Shown piece by piece: positions 29,419 through 37,755 of a stretch of 64,000 bases of DNA. Within the stretch, counting starts at the first letter, position 1, and each line of letters opens with the position of its first letter. The notes beneath the pieces were generated by a model. It did not search any database. It was given only the letters and a program-made list of their open reading frames with translations, and had not been told where the DNA came from. The stretch lies in assembly GCA_043818555.1 (NCBI GenBank), contig JBDRFP010000002.1, forward strand, positions 16,774-80,773, given 5' to 3'. The DNA is from a bacterium. GTDB taxonomy: Bacteria > Patescibacteriota > Patescibacteriia > UBA9934. A program made the position numbers and the translations under genes.

Positions 29419-30804
29419 TTAGTCTCGCTTTTCGCGAACCCTTTGCCCTGTTGAAGTATCCTCCACAGTAAAACCCTCCTCGGCAATCTTTCCGCGAATT
29501 ACATCTGACTGACTCCAATCTTTTTCTGCGCGAGCTTTTTGACGCTCGGCTAGCAACTTTTTAATCTTTTCCGATACCTGAACAGGCCTTGCCACATACT
29601 CGCCAAGCTGAAGGCCCAGCACCTCGTCGAGTTTTAGAATCGTCGCTGATTTCGCAGACGATTCCATTTTTTCATCATTAACAATCCCCCACAGCTCTGC
29701 AACAGCGCCAGGCATATCCAAATCGTCGTTGATTTTGGCCTTGAATCGATCGACCGCGTTTGCATCTGCCTCGCCCGGGCTGTCCCACTCGCGCGCAGAA
29801 TCGCGCAGGTTATTCAACGCATTTTGAGCTCCCTCAAGCGCTTCCCAAGTGAAATTAAGCTTCGACCTGTAGTGGGCTGTGAAAGTAAAATATCGGTACG
29901 CCAGCGGATCAAAGCCCTTTTCGATAAGATCATCTACCGTGTAAACATTTCCGAGCGACTTGCTCATTTTCCCGCCGTCAATTAGCAAAAACTCACCATG
30001 TAACCAATAATTAGCCAGCTTGTTGCCGCGCGCGGCAATCGTCTGAGCCATTTCGTTTTCGTGATGCACTGGCGCCAGATCTATCCCGCCGGTGTGAACA
30101 TCAAAAGGCGAGTCCAGATACTTTTCACTCATGGCGCTACATTCAATGTGCCAACCTGGAAAGCCAACGCCCCAAGGAGAATCCCACTCCATTTGGCGGT
30201 GCCCGTCTGCTGGCGAGTACTTCCAAAGCGCAAAGTCGCTTGGATTGCGTTTTTCCTTATTGGCCTCCACGCGCGCGCCTTCTTCTTTTTCTTCAAGCTT
30301 TTGACCGCTAAACTTACCATAGCTGGCGAGCTTAGAAGTATCAAAATAAACCCCATCGCTTGTCCTGTACGTAATTCCCTTCTCCTCAAGTGCCTTAATA
30401 AAAGCAATCTGATCTTCAATGTGTTCAGTTGCCTTTGGCATTGTAGTCGGGCGCTTGTTGCCAAGACGATTCTGATCTTTGAGGAATCTCTCAGTGTAAA
30501 ACTCGGCAACATCCCAAGCGCTCTTTCCTTCGCGACGCATGGCCACGATCATTTTGTCCTCGCCTTCGTCAGCATCATCAGTAAGATGGCCGACATCGGT
30601 GATATTCATAACGTGGCGGACTTCATAACCGTTAAACTCAAGCATGCGACGAAGAACATCGCTCATTATGAAAGTCCTAAAATTGCCAATGCTCGCAGTC
30701 TGATAAACAGTTGGACCACAAGAATACATGCCGACTTTTCCTTTGTGGATCGGTGTAAACTCCTCCTTCCTCCGAGTGAGTGTGTTGTAGAGGGTAATAG
30801 GCAT
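29419..30804 (-). CDS. cysS: Cysteinyl-tRNA synthetase
   Basis: HIGH (GHLTDD / HIGN region) and KMSKS (KMSKSLGN) class I motifs. 461 aa. Confidence 0.92.
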   Translation of the reverse strand: MPITLYNTLTRRKEEFTPIHKGKVGMYSCGPTVYQTASIGNFRTFIMSDVLRRMLEFNGYEVRHVMNITDVGHLTDDADEGEDKMIVAMRREGKSAWDVAEFYTERFLKDQNRLGNKRPTTMPKATEHIEDQIAFIKALEEKGITYRTSDGVYFDTSKLASYGKFSGQKLEEKEEGARVEANKEKRNPSDFALWKYSPADGHRQMEWDSPWGVGFPGWHIECSAMSEKYLDSPFDVHTGGIDLAPVHHENEMAQTIAARGNKLANYWLHGEFLLIDGGKMSKSLGNVYTVDDLIEKGFDPLAYRYFTFTAHYRSKLNFTWEALEGAQNALNNLRDSAREWDSPGEADANAVDRFKAKINDDLDMPGAVAELWGIVNDEKMESSAKSATILKLDEVLGLQLGEYVARPVQVSEKIKKLLAERQKARAEKDWSQSDVIRGKIAEEGFTVEDTSTGQRVREKRD

Positions 30805-30924
30805 AGCGGTGTGCGAGAGTTAGTAGGAAGTAGGTAGTAGGAAGTAGGTTTGGATGCAGGTATTATAGCCGAGTTTTACGTAAAAGTTAAGGTTTCAAAG
30901 GTTTCAAGGGTCGCAAAGGTTTCA

Positions 30925-30990
30925 GAAGCTCAGTCCGTAGGTCTGTAACGTAAATCAAAATCCCCACTGCTATTTCTAACAGCGGGGACA
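30925..30990 (-). terminator. Terminator-like hairpin (CCCCGCTGTTAGAAATAGCAGTGGGG followed by ATTTTGATTT) downstream of 31002..32042. The adjacent AAAGGTTTCA tandem repeats and a TCTGTAGG-family motif are inside this interval.
   Basis: Stem-loop with a T-rich tail on the minus strand. Confidence 0.4.
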
Positions 30991-31001
30991 GGGTGCGGGC
31001 T

Positions 31002-32042
31002 CTAGGCGCGCACCTTGGCGACCTCCAGACTGGCGATCGTGAAGCCGGTTGCTTCTTCGATCTCCCTCCTGCGATCGCGCATGCGATCCATGCGCTCTGC
31101 CATTTCATGAACCATGTCGATGGCCGAGTGCGAACGCACCGACTGCTGGCCGAATTCGCCTTCACACGCCCTGCGACGGGCGTACTCAACCTGGCTCTCC
31201 AGCCATTCTTGGTCGGCCCTGCATGCCACGAGAAAGTCCTTCACCTTCTGGCGGTCGGTGTCCTTCTCGATTAACCCAAGCTCCAGCTGATCCTGAAGAC
31301 CGGCGAGGAACTTCACTTGCCTGTTCCAGCTCTCCAAGCCTTCGAGCAAGGACCGGAATAGCTTGTAGCGGTCGTCCTCAAGCAGAAACTTACCGGGCTT
31401 CCTTCCGCCGAGTGAAACATGGCTCACTTCAAGACTTGGAGCGAGCTCCTTATCTGCGAAGAAGAAATACACCCCTCTTACGACCGCGAGTACGGCCTGT
31501 AGGCCGAGCGGCCGCTTGCCACGAACTTCATCCGGAATCAGCTCTGACCTCACCACATGATAGGCGAATAGGCCGATCGCCAAGAACGGAAAGGTAGCGA
31601 ATCCTGCCAAGACCGCGGCCAAACCGACACCAACTTTCGTGATAGGGCTAATGTTCTGCCAATCCTGATCCAACATGCCCGACAAGCCCATTGCGACAAT
31701 CATCACGACTGCGGTGGCCAACAGGTAAAATGGGGTCGCGATGGGGCCGAGCCACAGTGCGAGCGGCACTGCGAGCGCTGCCCAACCCAACATGGCCGAC
31801 GGGTACCACTTCCCAATCTTCATTGCCATGTCACGGCTGAACGCGCGCTTGCGCGCGAATGCCTGCTGCTCGTGTAGCAGAAGCGTCACGCAGTCGAGCT
31901 TGTTTGCCAGATCTGCCGGCAAACTCTCGATTTTGAACTTCTTGAAAGGAGCAAGCGAATCACTCATGTTTTTCTCCAGTTTTTCAAGTTTTTGTCGATC
32001 TAAAGAACTGCCTACAGTATACCATTTTGGGCTTTTTGTCAA
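31002..32042 (-). CDS. Hypothetical membrane protein (346 aa), high GC
   Basis: Several TM helices in the first half and a charged C-terminal domain. GC about 58%. Confidence 0.55.
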   Translation of the reverse strand: MTKSPKWYTVGSSLDRQKLEKLEKNMSDSLAPFKKFKIESLPADLANKLDCVTLLLHEQQAFARKRAFSRDMAMKIGKWYPSAMLGWAALAVPLALWLGPIATPFYLLATAVVMIVAMGLSGMLDQDWQNISPITKVGVGLAAVLAGFATFPFLAIGLFAYHVVRSELIPDEVRGKRPLGLQAVLAVVRGVYFFFADKELAPSLEVSHVSLGGRKPGKFLLEDDRYKLFRSLLEGLESWNRQVKFLAGLQDQLELGLIEKDTDRQKVKDFLVACRADQEWLESQVEYARRRACEGEFGQQSVRSHSAIDMVHEMAERMDRMRDRRREIEEATGFTIASLEVAKVRA

Positions 32043-32136
32043 GCTGTCGCGGGGTGTTACAAACCTACAAAATTCAACCCAAAAACCGGGTGGCAGATCC
32101 CGGTTTTATCTAATCCTACTGGCTACTGGCTGCTGT

Positions 32137-32982
32137 CTACTGACTACTTTCATTAACTGGCGGCTGACTGCTGTACATGCCCTGCCCGCGCTCGATTGGC
32201 GGCTTTGGGAATCGTGGTTTTTCAAATACAGGCTTTGGTTCTCCTTCAACATGCTCAGGCGGTACAAAATCTTTTGGCAAATCCTCAGGCCGTACGAAAT
32301 CATCCGGCAACTTTGGAGGCGCTCCAAACATGTGCATCTGCGGCATTATCGCCTGCCTTTCTTCCGGAGTCAAATCAGCCTCGTTAATCTTCTCCTGTAG
32401 CGCCTGCATTTTTTCATCAATTTCCCCAGGCGATGGTCTGCGGTCAATATTATTGACAAATACGGTTTCAAACAGATGGTTGTAACGAAGATTCTGCGCT
32501 TGCAAACGGTCAATTAACCCTCTTCGAAATTCAAGATCGTCCCTGGCGCGAATCAGCTCATCAACAGTAACATCCAGCTCCTCGGCGATCTTCTCAAGAT
32601 GCCCCGGACCCAACCGCTCTTCGCGCATCATCACCTCGCCCTCAGCAATTCGGCGCTCCATCATGCGCGCATGAAACTCCGCAGCGCCCTCTGGGGAACG
32701 AGGCAACAACGCCTCTACAGCTTCAATCCCCCGCTTGAACGGATGCAGAAAATGACCTTGCGTGACTTCCGGACTTGCGTACGCATAACTCCCCATGCCC
32801 ATGGTCACCAACACGACTACCAGAGCCACTGGCATTGCAAGCGCGCGCTTGAACGAAGGCCTGTTTGCCGGATATTCGCGGCCAAACTCATCGCCAAGCT
32901 CGCTTGCAAGAGCGTTCTTAAATCCACGCTCAGGCTTTCCGGCCTTTTTAATTTCTTTTAAGTTTCGTTTGATTTCTTTCAT
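32137..32982 (-). CDS. Putative anti-sigma factor (single-pass membrane protein downstream of the ECF sigma gene)
   Basis: 281 aa with one TM helix (AMPVALVVVLVTMGMGSYAYA). Positioned immediately after the sigma factor gene. Pro-rich C-terminus. Confidence 0.45.
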   Translation of the reverse strand: MKEIKRNLKEIKKAGKPERGFKNALASELGDEFGREYPANRPSFKRALAMPVALVVVLVTMGMGSYAYASPEVTQGHFLHPFKRGIEAVEALLPRSPEGAAEFHARMMERRIAEGEVMMREERLGPGHLEKIAEELDVTVDELIRARDDLEFRRGLIDRLQAQNLRYNHLFETVFVNNIDRRPSPGEIDEKMQALQEKINEADLTPEERQAIMPQMHMFGAPPKLPDDFVRPEDLPKDFVPPEHVEGEPKPVFEKPRFPKPPIERGQGMYSSQPPVNESSQ

Positions 32983-32989
32983 AAATTAT

Positions 32990-33045
32990 AAAATAACATG
33001 GTTTATTATCGCAAAGCAGGGTTTATTGACTGTCGACATGGTTTA
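32990..33045. repeat. Three phased GGTTTATT units (about 21-bp period) upstream of the anti-sigma-like gene
   Basis: tggtttattatcgc / gggtttattgactg / tggtttatttttcg. Confidence 0.55.
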
Positions 33046-33694
33046 TTTTTCGTGTAGCCTGATTAAAATCCCAGCTAGTCACCTTAACCTCTGCGCTCTT
33101 CGCCATAACCTCTCCGCCATCTGCTAAAACCTCTTCGTTTCTCGCCTTAACCTCTGCGTCCTCAGCGATAACCTCCTTGTTGATTGTTAATGAATTATTC
33201 TGATTTTCGAAAATCGTTTTTAAATTTTTCATTGCTCTATGGGCATCGATCCGAGCAGCCCCGGCAGTCTTGCCGAGTAACTCACCAATTTCTTTATATC
33301 GATAACCGAGCAAATACTTTAGCTCAATTATGTGTTTTTCTTTATCGTCAAGCTCGCACAAAGCAATATTTAGTCGATACTTGTCGTCGGCCTTGATTAA
33401 ATCATCACGGCCATCAGTGCCCTCAATCTTGAACGCGATTTGATCAATGTCGATTACATCCTTTCGATCCCTCCAATGGTTGATTACATGATTGCGGGCA
33501 ATGGTCATAATCCAGGCGTTCTGAGACTGCGCCGGATCATACACCGCAAAACTCCGTAGAGCCTTTATGAAAATCTCGCTCGTAAGATCTTCTGCCACTT
33601 CCCTGTTCATGTTTACACGATAGAACACAAATCGATACACTCGACTGAAATGTTTATTGTAGAATTTGTTGAAATTTGACTTGGTAAGTTGCAT
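33023..33694 (-). CDS. RNA polymerase sigma factor, ECF / sigma-70 family, with a C-terminal repeat extension
   Basis: Region 2 (EDLTSEIFIKALRSF...AWIMTIARNHVINHWR) and region 4 HTH (ELKYLLGYRYKEIGELLGKTAGAARIDAHRA). C-terminal AEVKARNEEVLADGGEVMAKSAEVKV-type repeats. Confidence 0.8.
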   Translation of the reverse strand: MQLTKSNFNKFYNKHFSRVYRFVFYRVNMNREVAEDLTSEIFIKALRSFAVYDPAQSQNAWIMTIARNHVINHWRDRKDVIDIDQIAFKIEGTDGRDDLIKADDKYRLNIALCELDDKEKHIIELKYLLGYRYKEIGELLGKTAGAARIDAHRAMKNLKTIFENQNNSLTINKEVIAEDAEVKARNEEVLADGGEVMAKSAEVKVTSWDFNQATRKINHVDSQ

Positions 33695-33797
33695 AAACTT
33701 AAATAACTGACGCTTTTGCTTTACACGGCCTGTGAATAAATGTTACTTCGAGTCTATTTTGAGCTTAAACATTGGCATATTTTGGTTAAAAAGTAAA

Positions 33798-33866
33798 GGG
33801 GGTAATCGGATCGCGAAGGGGTTAATCGTAAACAAGAGTTCACAGTTAACAGTTCACAGTTCAGCG
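33798..33866. repeat. GGGGGTAATCGGATCGCGAAGGGGTTAATCG plus GTTCACAGTTAACAGTTCACAGTTCA heptad element, copy 1 (upstream of the ECF sigma gene)
   Basis: Near-identical to the element at 35453..35567. On the gene strand it reads as tandem TGAACTG heptads. Confidence 0.75.
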
Positions 33867-33959
33867 ACTTGCAATTTTCTACTTATGACTTGAAACATTT
33901 GACTTTAGACTTTCCGACTTTAGACTAAATTAAACCCGGCCGTAACGACCGGGCTAGAA

Positions 33960-34376
33960 TCAGGGATCGCGCTGAAGCGTGGCGAACAAAGGGGTTGCTA
34001 GCCACTGGTCGTGGCCCTTGGGCTCGAGGCGCTGCTGGCAGACCTTCATGAGCGCCGAATAGGTCGCAGGCAGTGGCGAACCCGGGTCGGCGGCCAGTTC
34101 TTTGCACTCAGGAGTATCGACTGGCACGGCCTTCTCTTGTTCGCCCAGCGGATCACGCTCCCACCATCCTGCACGCGAAAGCGACTTTGCCGTCTCCCGC
34201 TCCTTCCACTCGCGCGGGTCGTAGAAGACCCTTGACCTGCTGTCATATGCCCTCACAGCGACCACTCCGGCGGCAAAGATCCTCATGCCGATCGGCCACT
34301 CATGCTTGAACTTGCCGACCACAAGCATTTCACGCACGGCATCAATCAACTCTTTCCCTACCTCTTTCACTGCCAT
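33960..34376 (-). CDS. Hypothetical protein (138 aa), high GC (about 62%)
   Basis: ORF with compositional contrast to its flanks. No motif recognised. Confidence 0.5.
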   Translation of the reverse strand: MAVKEVGKELIDAVREMLVVGKFKHEWPIGMRIFAAGVVAVRAYDSRSRVFYDPREWKERETAKSLSRAGWWERDPLGEQEKAVPVDTPECKELAADPGSPLPATYSALMKVCQQRLEPKGHDQWLATPLFATLQRDP

Positions 34377-34444
34377 GTTACCTCCGTTTTTTTGATATAA
34401 ATGACTACGCCCAAACTAGCATAAACCAACGATTCTGTCAATAT

Positions 34445-34879
34445 ATGCTACAATATCGCCATATGGACAAAAACAAGATCTTCGACGTAATTAAGGCCTT
34501 AGAGCTCCCAATCAAAGACTTTGCGATTGTTTCAAGCGGACCTATGATTGTTCGCAATCTTATCCCGTGCAATCACGACATTGATATTCTAGCGCGCGGC
34601 AAGGCTTGGGAAATGGTAACTAAACTCGGCGAGGTTACGCAGGCTGCTATGCGCGACCACATGGTTAAACTCGAAAATGGTACGATTGAGATTTTTGATG
34701 GCTGGGCGCCGTCGGACAGGAGCGATGATGAATTGATCGACTCGGCTGAGATGATTGACGGGTTGCCGTTCGTAAAGCTTGAGTACGTTCTGGAGTACAA
34801 AAAGAAGTTAGGTCGAGTTAAAGATTTGAAGCATGTTGAGATTTTGGAAGCTTATTTGGACAAACAAAAAAAGGCCTAG
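34445..34879 (+). CDS. Hypothetical protein, possible minimal nucleotidyltransferase fold
   Basis: 144 aa. FAIVSSGPMIVRNLIPCNHDIDIL resembles the GS...DhD nucleotidyltransferase motif. Weak. Confidence 0.4.
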   Translation: MLQYRHMDKNKIFDVIKALELPIKDFAIVSSGPMIVRNLIPCNHDIDILARGKAWEMVTKLGEVTQAAMRDHMVKLENGTIEIFDGWAPSDRSDDELIDSAEMIDGLPFVKLEYVLEYKKKLGRVKDLKHVEILEAYLDKQKKA

Positions 34880-34914
34880 GTGGCAAAAGAGGTTAGAAAG
34901 AGGTTATAGAGAGG

Positions 34915-35424
34915 TTAAGCGCGGCCGCGGGTTCCGAGGAGTAATGCCACGGGTGCTAAAGGCCAAAGTATTAGCGCAAGATCGCTCGCAAGTACGCCTC
35001 GTACGACCGGAGAAAGTGAACCAATAACATCGGCTGGTAAAAACATAAACACAGCGGTTAAAAACAGCCCAGTAAATACAGTTGCGAAAATAGCAGACTC
35101 CCAACTCGAAGGCACCACAGACGGCTCAGAAAAGCCGTTTTTTGCTACAACGCCGAAAATAATCAAGAACAGCACTACAAACATTCCAATCTCGCCGTAA
35201 TAAGGCTCTGGGCCAATCGCGGGCGCAGCGTCGATCCAAAAACTTGTAATCATCATAGCCGCAATCGCCATGTAAAGCGCATAAATCATGGTCATATTGT
35301 AGTCCTTGCCAAGCGTGTACGCATACACAATAACGAGCGCAAGTACGCCAAGAACAATCAGCAGGTCAGCTGTGAAGATGTCTGTGTTGATTTCGCTAAG
35401 TTGTTCGAGTGTGTCGGTTGGCAT
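34915..35424 (-). CDS. Hypothetical membrane protein (169 aa)
   Basis: 4-5 predicted TM helices. Confidence 0.55.
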   Translation of the reverse strand: MPTDTLEQLSEINTDIFTADLLIVLGVLALVIVYAYTLGKDYNMTMIYALYMAIAAMMITSFWIDAAPAIGPEPYYGEIGMFVVLFLIIFGVVAKNGFSEPSVVPSSWESAIFATVFTGLFLTAVFMFLPADVIGSLSPVVRGVLASDLALILWPLAPVALLLGTRGRA

Positions 35425-35452
35425 GGGGTGATTATACCATATCGGAAAGCGT

Positions 35453-35567
35453 GGGGGTTAATCGGATCGCGAAGGGGTTAACGAGAGTGCCGGGGGGTTA
35501 ACGGTGGGCTGAAGGGGTTAATCGATGCGCAAGAGTTGACAGTTGATGGTTCACAGTTCACGGTTCA
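35453..35567. repeat. GGGGTTAATCG x4 plus GTTGACAGTTGATGGTTCACAGTTCACGGTTCA heptad element, copy 2 (upstream of the 34915..35424 membrane protein gene)
   Basis: Four GGGGTTAA(T)CG units followed by five TGAACYG-type heptads on the gene strand. Confidence 0.75.
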
Positions 35568-35570
35568 TTA

Positions 35571-35611
35571 ACAAAATGAAAACCGCATCTTGATGTTATC
35601 GCTGATGCGGT
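35571..35611 (-). terminator. Rho-independent terminator of the 54-aa small ORF (ACCGCATC...GATGCGGT followed by TTTCATTTTG)
   Basis: 8-bp stem and a T-rich tail on the minus strand. Confidence 0.55.
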
Positions 35612-35638
35612 CGGTAGGGTCGCGGGCCTGTCCACGAT

Positions 35639-35803
35639 CTACGATGGCGATGGCGATGGCGCGGAAGAGTCTTCACGCTTCTCCGACGGCTTGTTGTCGA
35701 TCTTGGCCTGAGCGCAGTCCTCCGGACGGCGCCTCTTGGCCTTGAGAATATCCACGAACTCTGGCGTCATCATGCACGCCTTGCTACCTGCAACAGATGC
35801 CAT
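35639..35803 (-). CDS. Unannotated small protein, 54 aa (MASVAGSKACMMTPEFVDILKAKRRRPEDCAQAKIDNKPSEKREDSSAPSPSPS)
   Basis: Below the 60-aa track cutoff. Perfect SD AAGGAGGTG 5 nt before the ATG, a -10-like TATCAT upstream, an intrinsic terminator downstream, and about 62% GC. Confidence 0.5.
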   Translation of the reverse strand: MASVAGSKACMMTPEFVDILKAKRRRPEDCAQAKIDNKPSEKREDSSAPSPSPS

Positions 35804-35876
35804 AACTCACCTCCTTGTTGTACTTTTATGATACCACTGATTGCCGCAGTTGGTAAATCTATACAGGCAAAATACC

Positions 35877-35965
35877 GTCATTGCGAGGAGCCCTGCAACT
35901 CGGCGACGAAGCAATCTACGCGCTAGATCGCTTCGCTAAACGACAAGCAGCCACTCGCGATGACG
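35877..35965. repeat. 89-bp nested-palindrome element, copy A (outer arms GTCATTGCGAG/CTCGCGATGAC, inner arms CGAAGCAATCTA/TAGATCGCTTCG), downstream of dnaJ
   Basis: About 85% identical to the copy at 38360..38448. Candidate structured RNA or complex terminator. Confidence 0.8.
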
Positions 35966-36045
35966 AAAAACTATTTTTCTCGCGTAAATCCAATCCCTCA
36001 ACTAACTTATTCTCCATCTTACTCCGATCGTCCTAAGACGGTAAA

Positions 36046-37098
36046 TTACTTTTCTCGTAGATCCAGTTCTTCGACCAACTTCTTTTCCTTCCGGCCTAAT
36101 CGAGTCGGCGTTACAACTTGAACGATTACAATCTGATCGCCTCGACCGCGGGCGGTTTGGACTCCTTTCCCGCGCAGCTTAAGCTTGTCGCCAGCTTGAG
36201 TCCCGGCTGGAATTTTCAGCTTAACCTTACCATCAACCGTGTCAACCTCAACTTCATCGCCCAAAGCCGCCTGAGTAAAACCGATCTTTTTATCAACATA
36301 AATATTGTTGCCTTCGCGACGAAAACGCGGGTCAACATCAACATGCACGCGCAAGTACAAATCACCCGCATTGCCACTCGCCCCAATCGCCTCGCCCTGC
36401 CCGCGCACGCGAATCTGCATTCCGTTCTCAATCCCGGCCGGAATTTCAACTCGAATGGTGCTACGGCCGTATTCCAGGCCGATTCCGTGGCAAGTTGAGC
36501 ATTTGGTCTCCGGGTCCTCTCCTCGGCCCTGACAGGCCGTGCAGGCAGTCTGGCGCTGCATTGTGCCAAACATAGTACGCTGCACCACTGTTTCCATTCC
36601 ACTGCCTTTGCACGCGTCGCAAGTCTTCATGTTTGTGCCAGGTTCAGCTCCAACACCTCCACAGCGCTCGCAATCGCTATTCTTCGATACTTGAAGTTCC
36701 TTTTCGACTCCAAAAACCGATTCTTTAAAACTCAACTTAACATCGACTGCAATGTCAGCCCCTCGCGCCCTGCGAGATCGACCGCCGCCACCCCCAAACC
36801 CTCCTCCGAAAATATCACCAAAAATATCTCCCAAGTCTTCAAAATTAACACCTTGGCCGCTAAAACCTCCTCCAGGAAAACCTCCAGCACCATCAAAAGT
36901 AGTACCAAACTGGTCGTACTGCGCGCGCTTTTCATCGTCATGCAAAATATGATACGCCTCGTTAATCTCTTTAAACTTGGCTTCATCCCCGCCCTTGTCC
37001 GGATGATGCTCATGCGCAAGGCGCCTAAAAGCCCGCTTAACTTCATCCTTCGAAGCGGTTTTATCGACCCCCAATGTTGCGTAGTAATCTTTGGACAT
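36046..37098 (-). CDS. dnaJ: Chaperone protein DnaJ
   Basis: J domain with HPD, G/F-rich region, four CxxCxGxG zinc-finger repeats, C-terminal domain. 350 aa. Confidence 0.92.
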   Translation of the reverse strand: MSKDYYATLGVDKTASKDEVKRAFRRLAHEHHPDKGGDEAKFKEINEAYHILHDDEKRAQYDQFGTTFDGAGGFPGGGFSGQGVNFEDLGDIFGDIFGGGFGGGGGRSRRARGADIAVDVKLSFKESVFGVEKELQVSKNSDCERCGGVGAEPGTNMKTCDACKGSGMETVVQRTMFGTMQRQTACTACQGRGEDPETKCSTCHGIGLEYGRSTIRVEIPAGIENGMQIRVRGQGEAIGASGNAGDLYLRVHVDVDPRFRREGNNIYVDKKIGFTQAALGDEVEVDTVDGKVKLKIPAGTQAGDKLKLRGKGVQTARGRGDQIVIVQVVTPTRLGRKEKKLVEELDLREK

Positions 37099-37109
37099 GT
37101 TTTTATTTT

Positions 37110-37129
37110 CCCCCCCTTTTTAAGGGGGG
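37110..37129. terminator. G/C hairpin CCCCCCC-TTTTTAA-GGGGGG between the DUF559 gene and dnaJ
   Basis: Perfect 6-7-bp G/C stem. A similar hairpin lies on the other side of the DUF559 gene. Confidence 0.5.
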
Positions 37130-37140
37130 ATTAAGGGGGG

Positions 37141-37512
37141 TTACTCGCTTAATCGCTTTAAAGCAACCTTTATTTGATCAATAACCCCCTCGATACTCTC
37201 GTAAACATCAATGTTTGTAAATCTGATTGTCGTAATCGCATTATCTGACATTAAGTAACCTCTTTGCTTGTCATGGTCGCGACCCAGATCGTCGAAATGG
37301 CTATCTCCATCAATCTCAACAACAAGCTTAACCTTCGCACAGTAGAAATCAACAACATAGGGCCCAATCCCCTGCTGTCTACGAAACTTGAACCCGTCGA
37401 CCTGTGAACCGCGTAAATATTGCCACAGTCTCTGCTCTGCAGGCGTCATTTTTCGCCGTAGCTTTCTACGAAAATCAATGCTACTCGTCCAGTTGTACAG
37501 CTTTCGATCCAT
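37141..37512 (-). CDS. DUF559 (Vsr-endonuclease-like) domain protein
   Basis: 123 aa. YVVDFYC...LVVEIDGDSHF motif is typical of DUF559. Bracketed by G/C hairpins inside the dnaK-dnaJ region. Confidence 0.65.
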   Translation of the reverse strand: MDRKLYNWTSSIDFRRKLRRKMTPAEQRLWQYLRGSQVDGFKFRRQQGIGPYVVDFYCAKVKLVVEIDGDSHFDDLGRDHDKQRGYLMSDNAITTIRFTNIDVYESIEGVIDQIKVALKRLSE

Positions 37513-37527
37513 AGTAACCACCCCCTA

Positions 37528-37548
37528 CCCCTCCTTAAAAAGGAGGGG
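37528..37548. repeat. G/C hairpin CCCCTCCT-TAAAA-AGGAGGGG upstream of the DUF559 gene
   Basis: Perfect 8-bp stem. Partner of the 37110 hairpin. Confidence 0.5.
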
Positions 37549-37556
37549 GGTCGAAA

Positions 37557-37745
37557 TTAACTAAACAGCTTTTTCTTGTCCTCCTCCTTCACAACCTTCG
37601 CCTTTGCGTCAACGACCTTTTGCTGGCCCTTGCCAACAGTCTTCTTCCAAATAAAGTTTCGTACAGGTGGAAACGAGAGGATGGTTAGAATTGCACTCCC
37701 AATACCGAGAGCACCCTTCCACATGTAGTGAAGCATTTTTTTCAT
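37557..37745 (-). CDS. Hypothetical small membrane protein (62 aa)
   Basis: ATG 10 nt downstream of the rdgB stop. One hydrophobic helix (GALGIGSAILTILSF). No SD. Confidence 0.35.
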   Translation of the reverse strand: MKKMLHYMWKGALGIGSAILTILSFPPVRNFIWKKTVGKGQQKVVDAKAKVVKEEDKKKLFS

Positions 37746-37755
37746 ATGACAAGCG

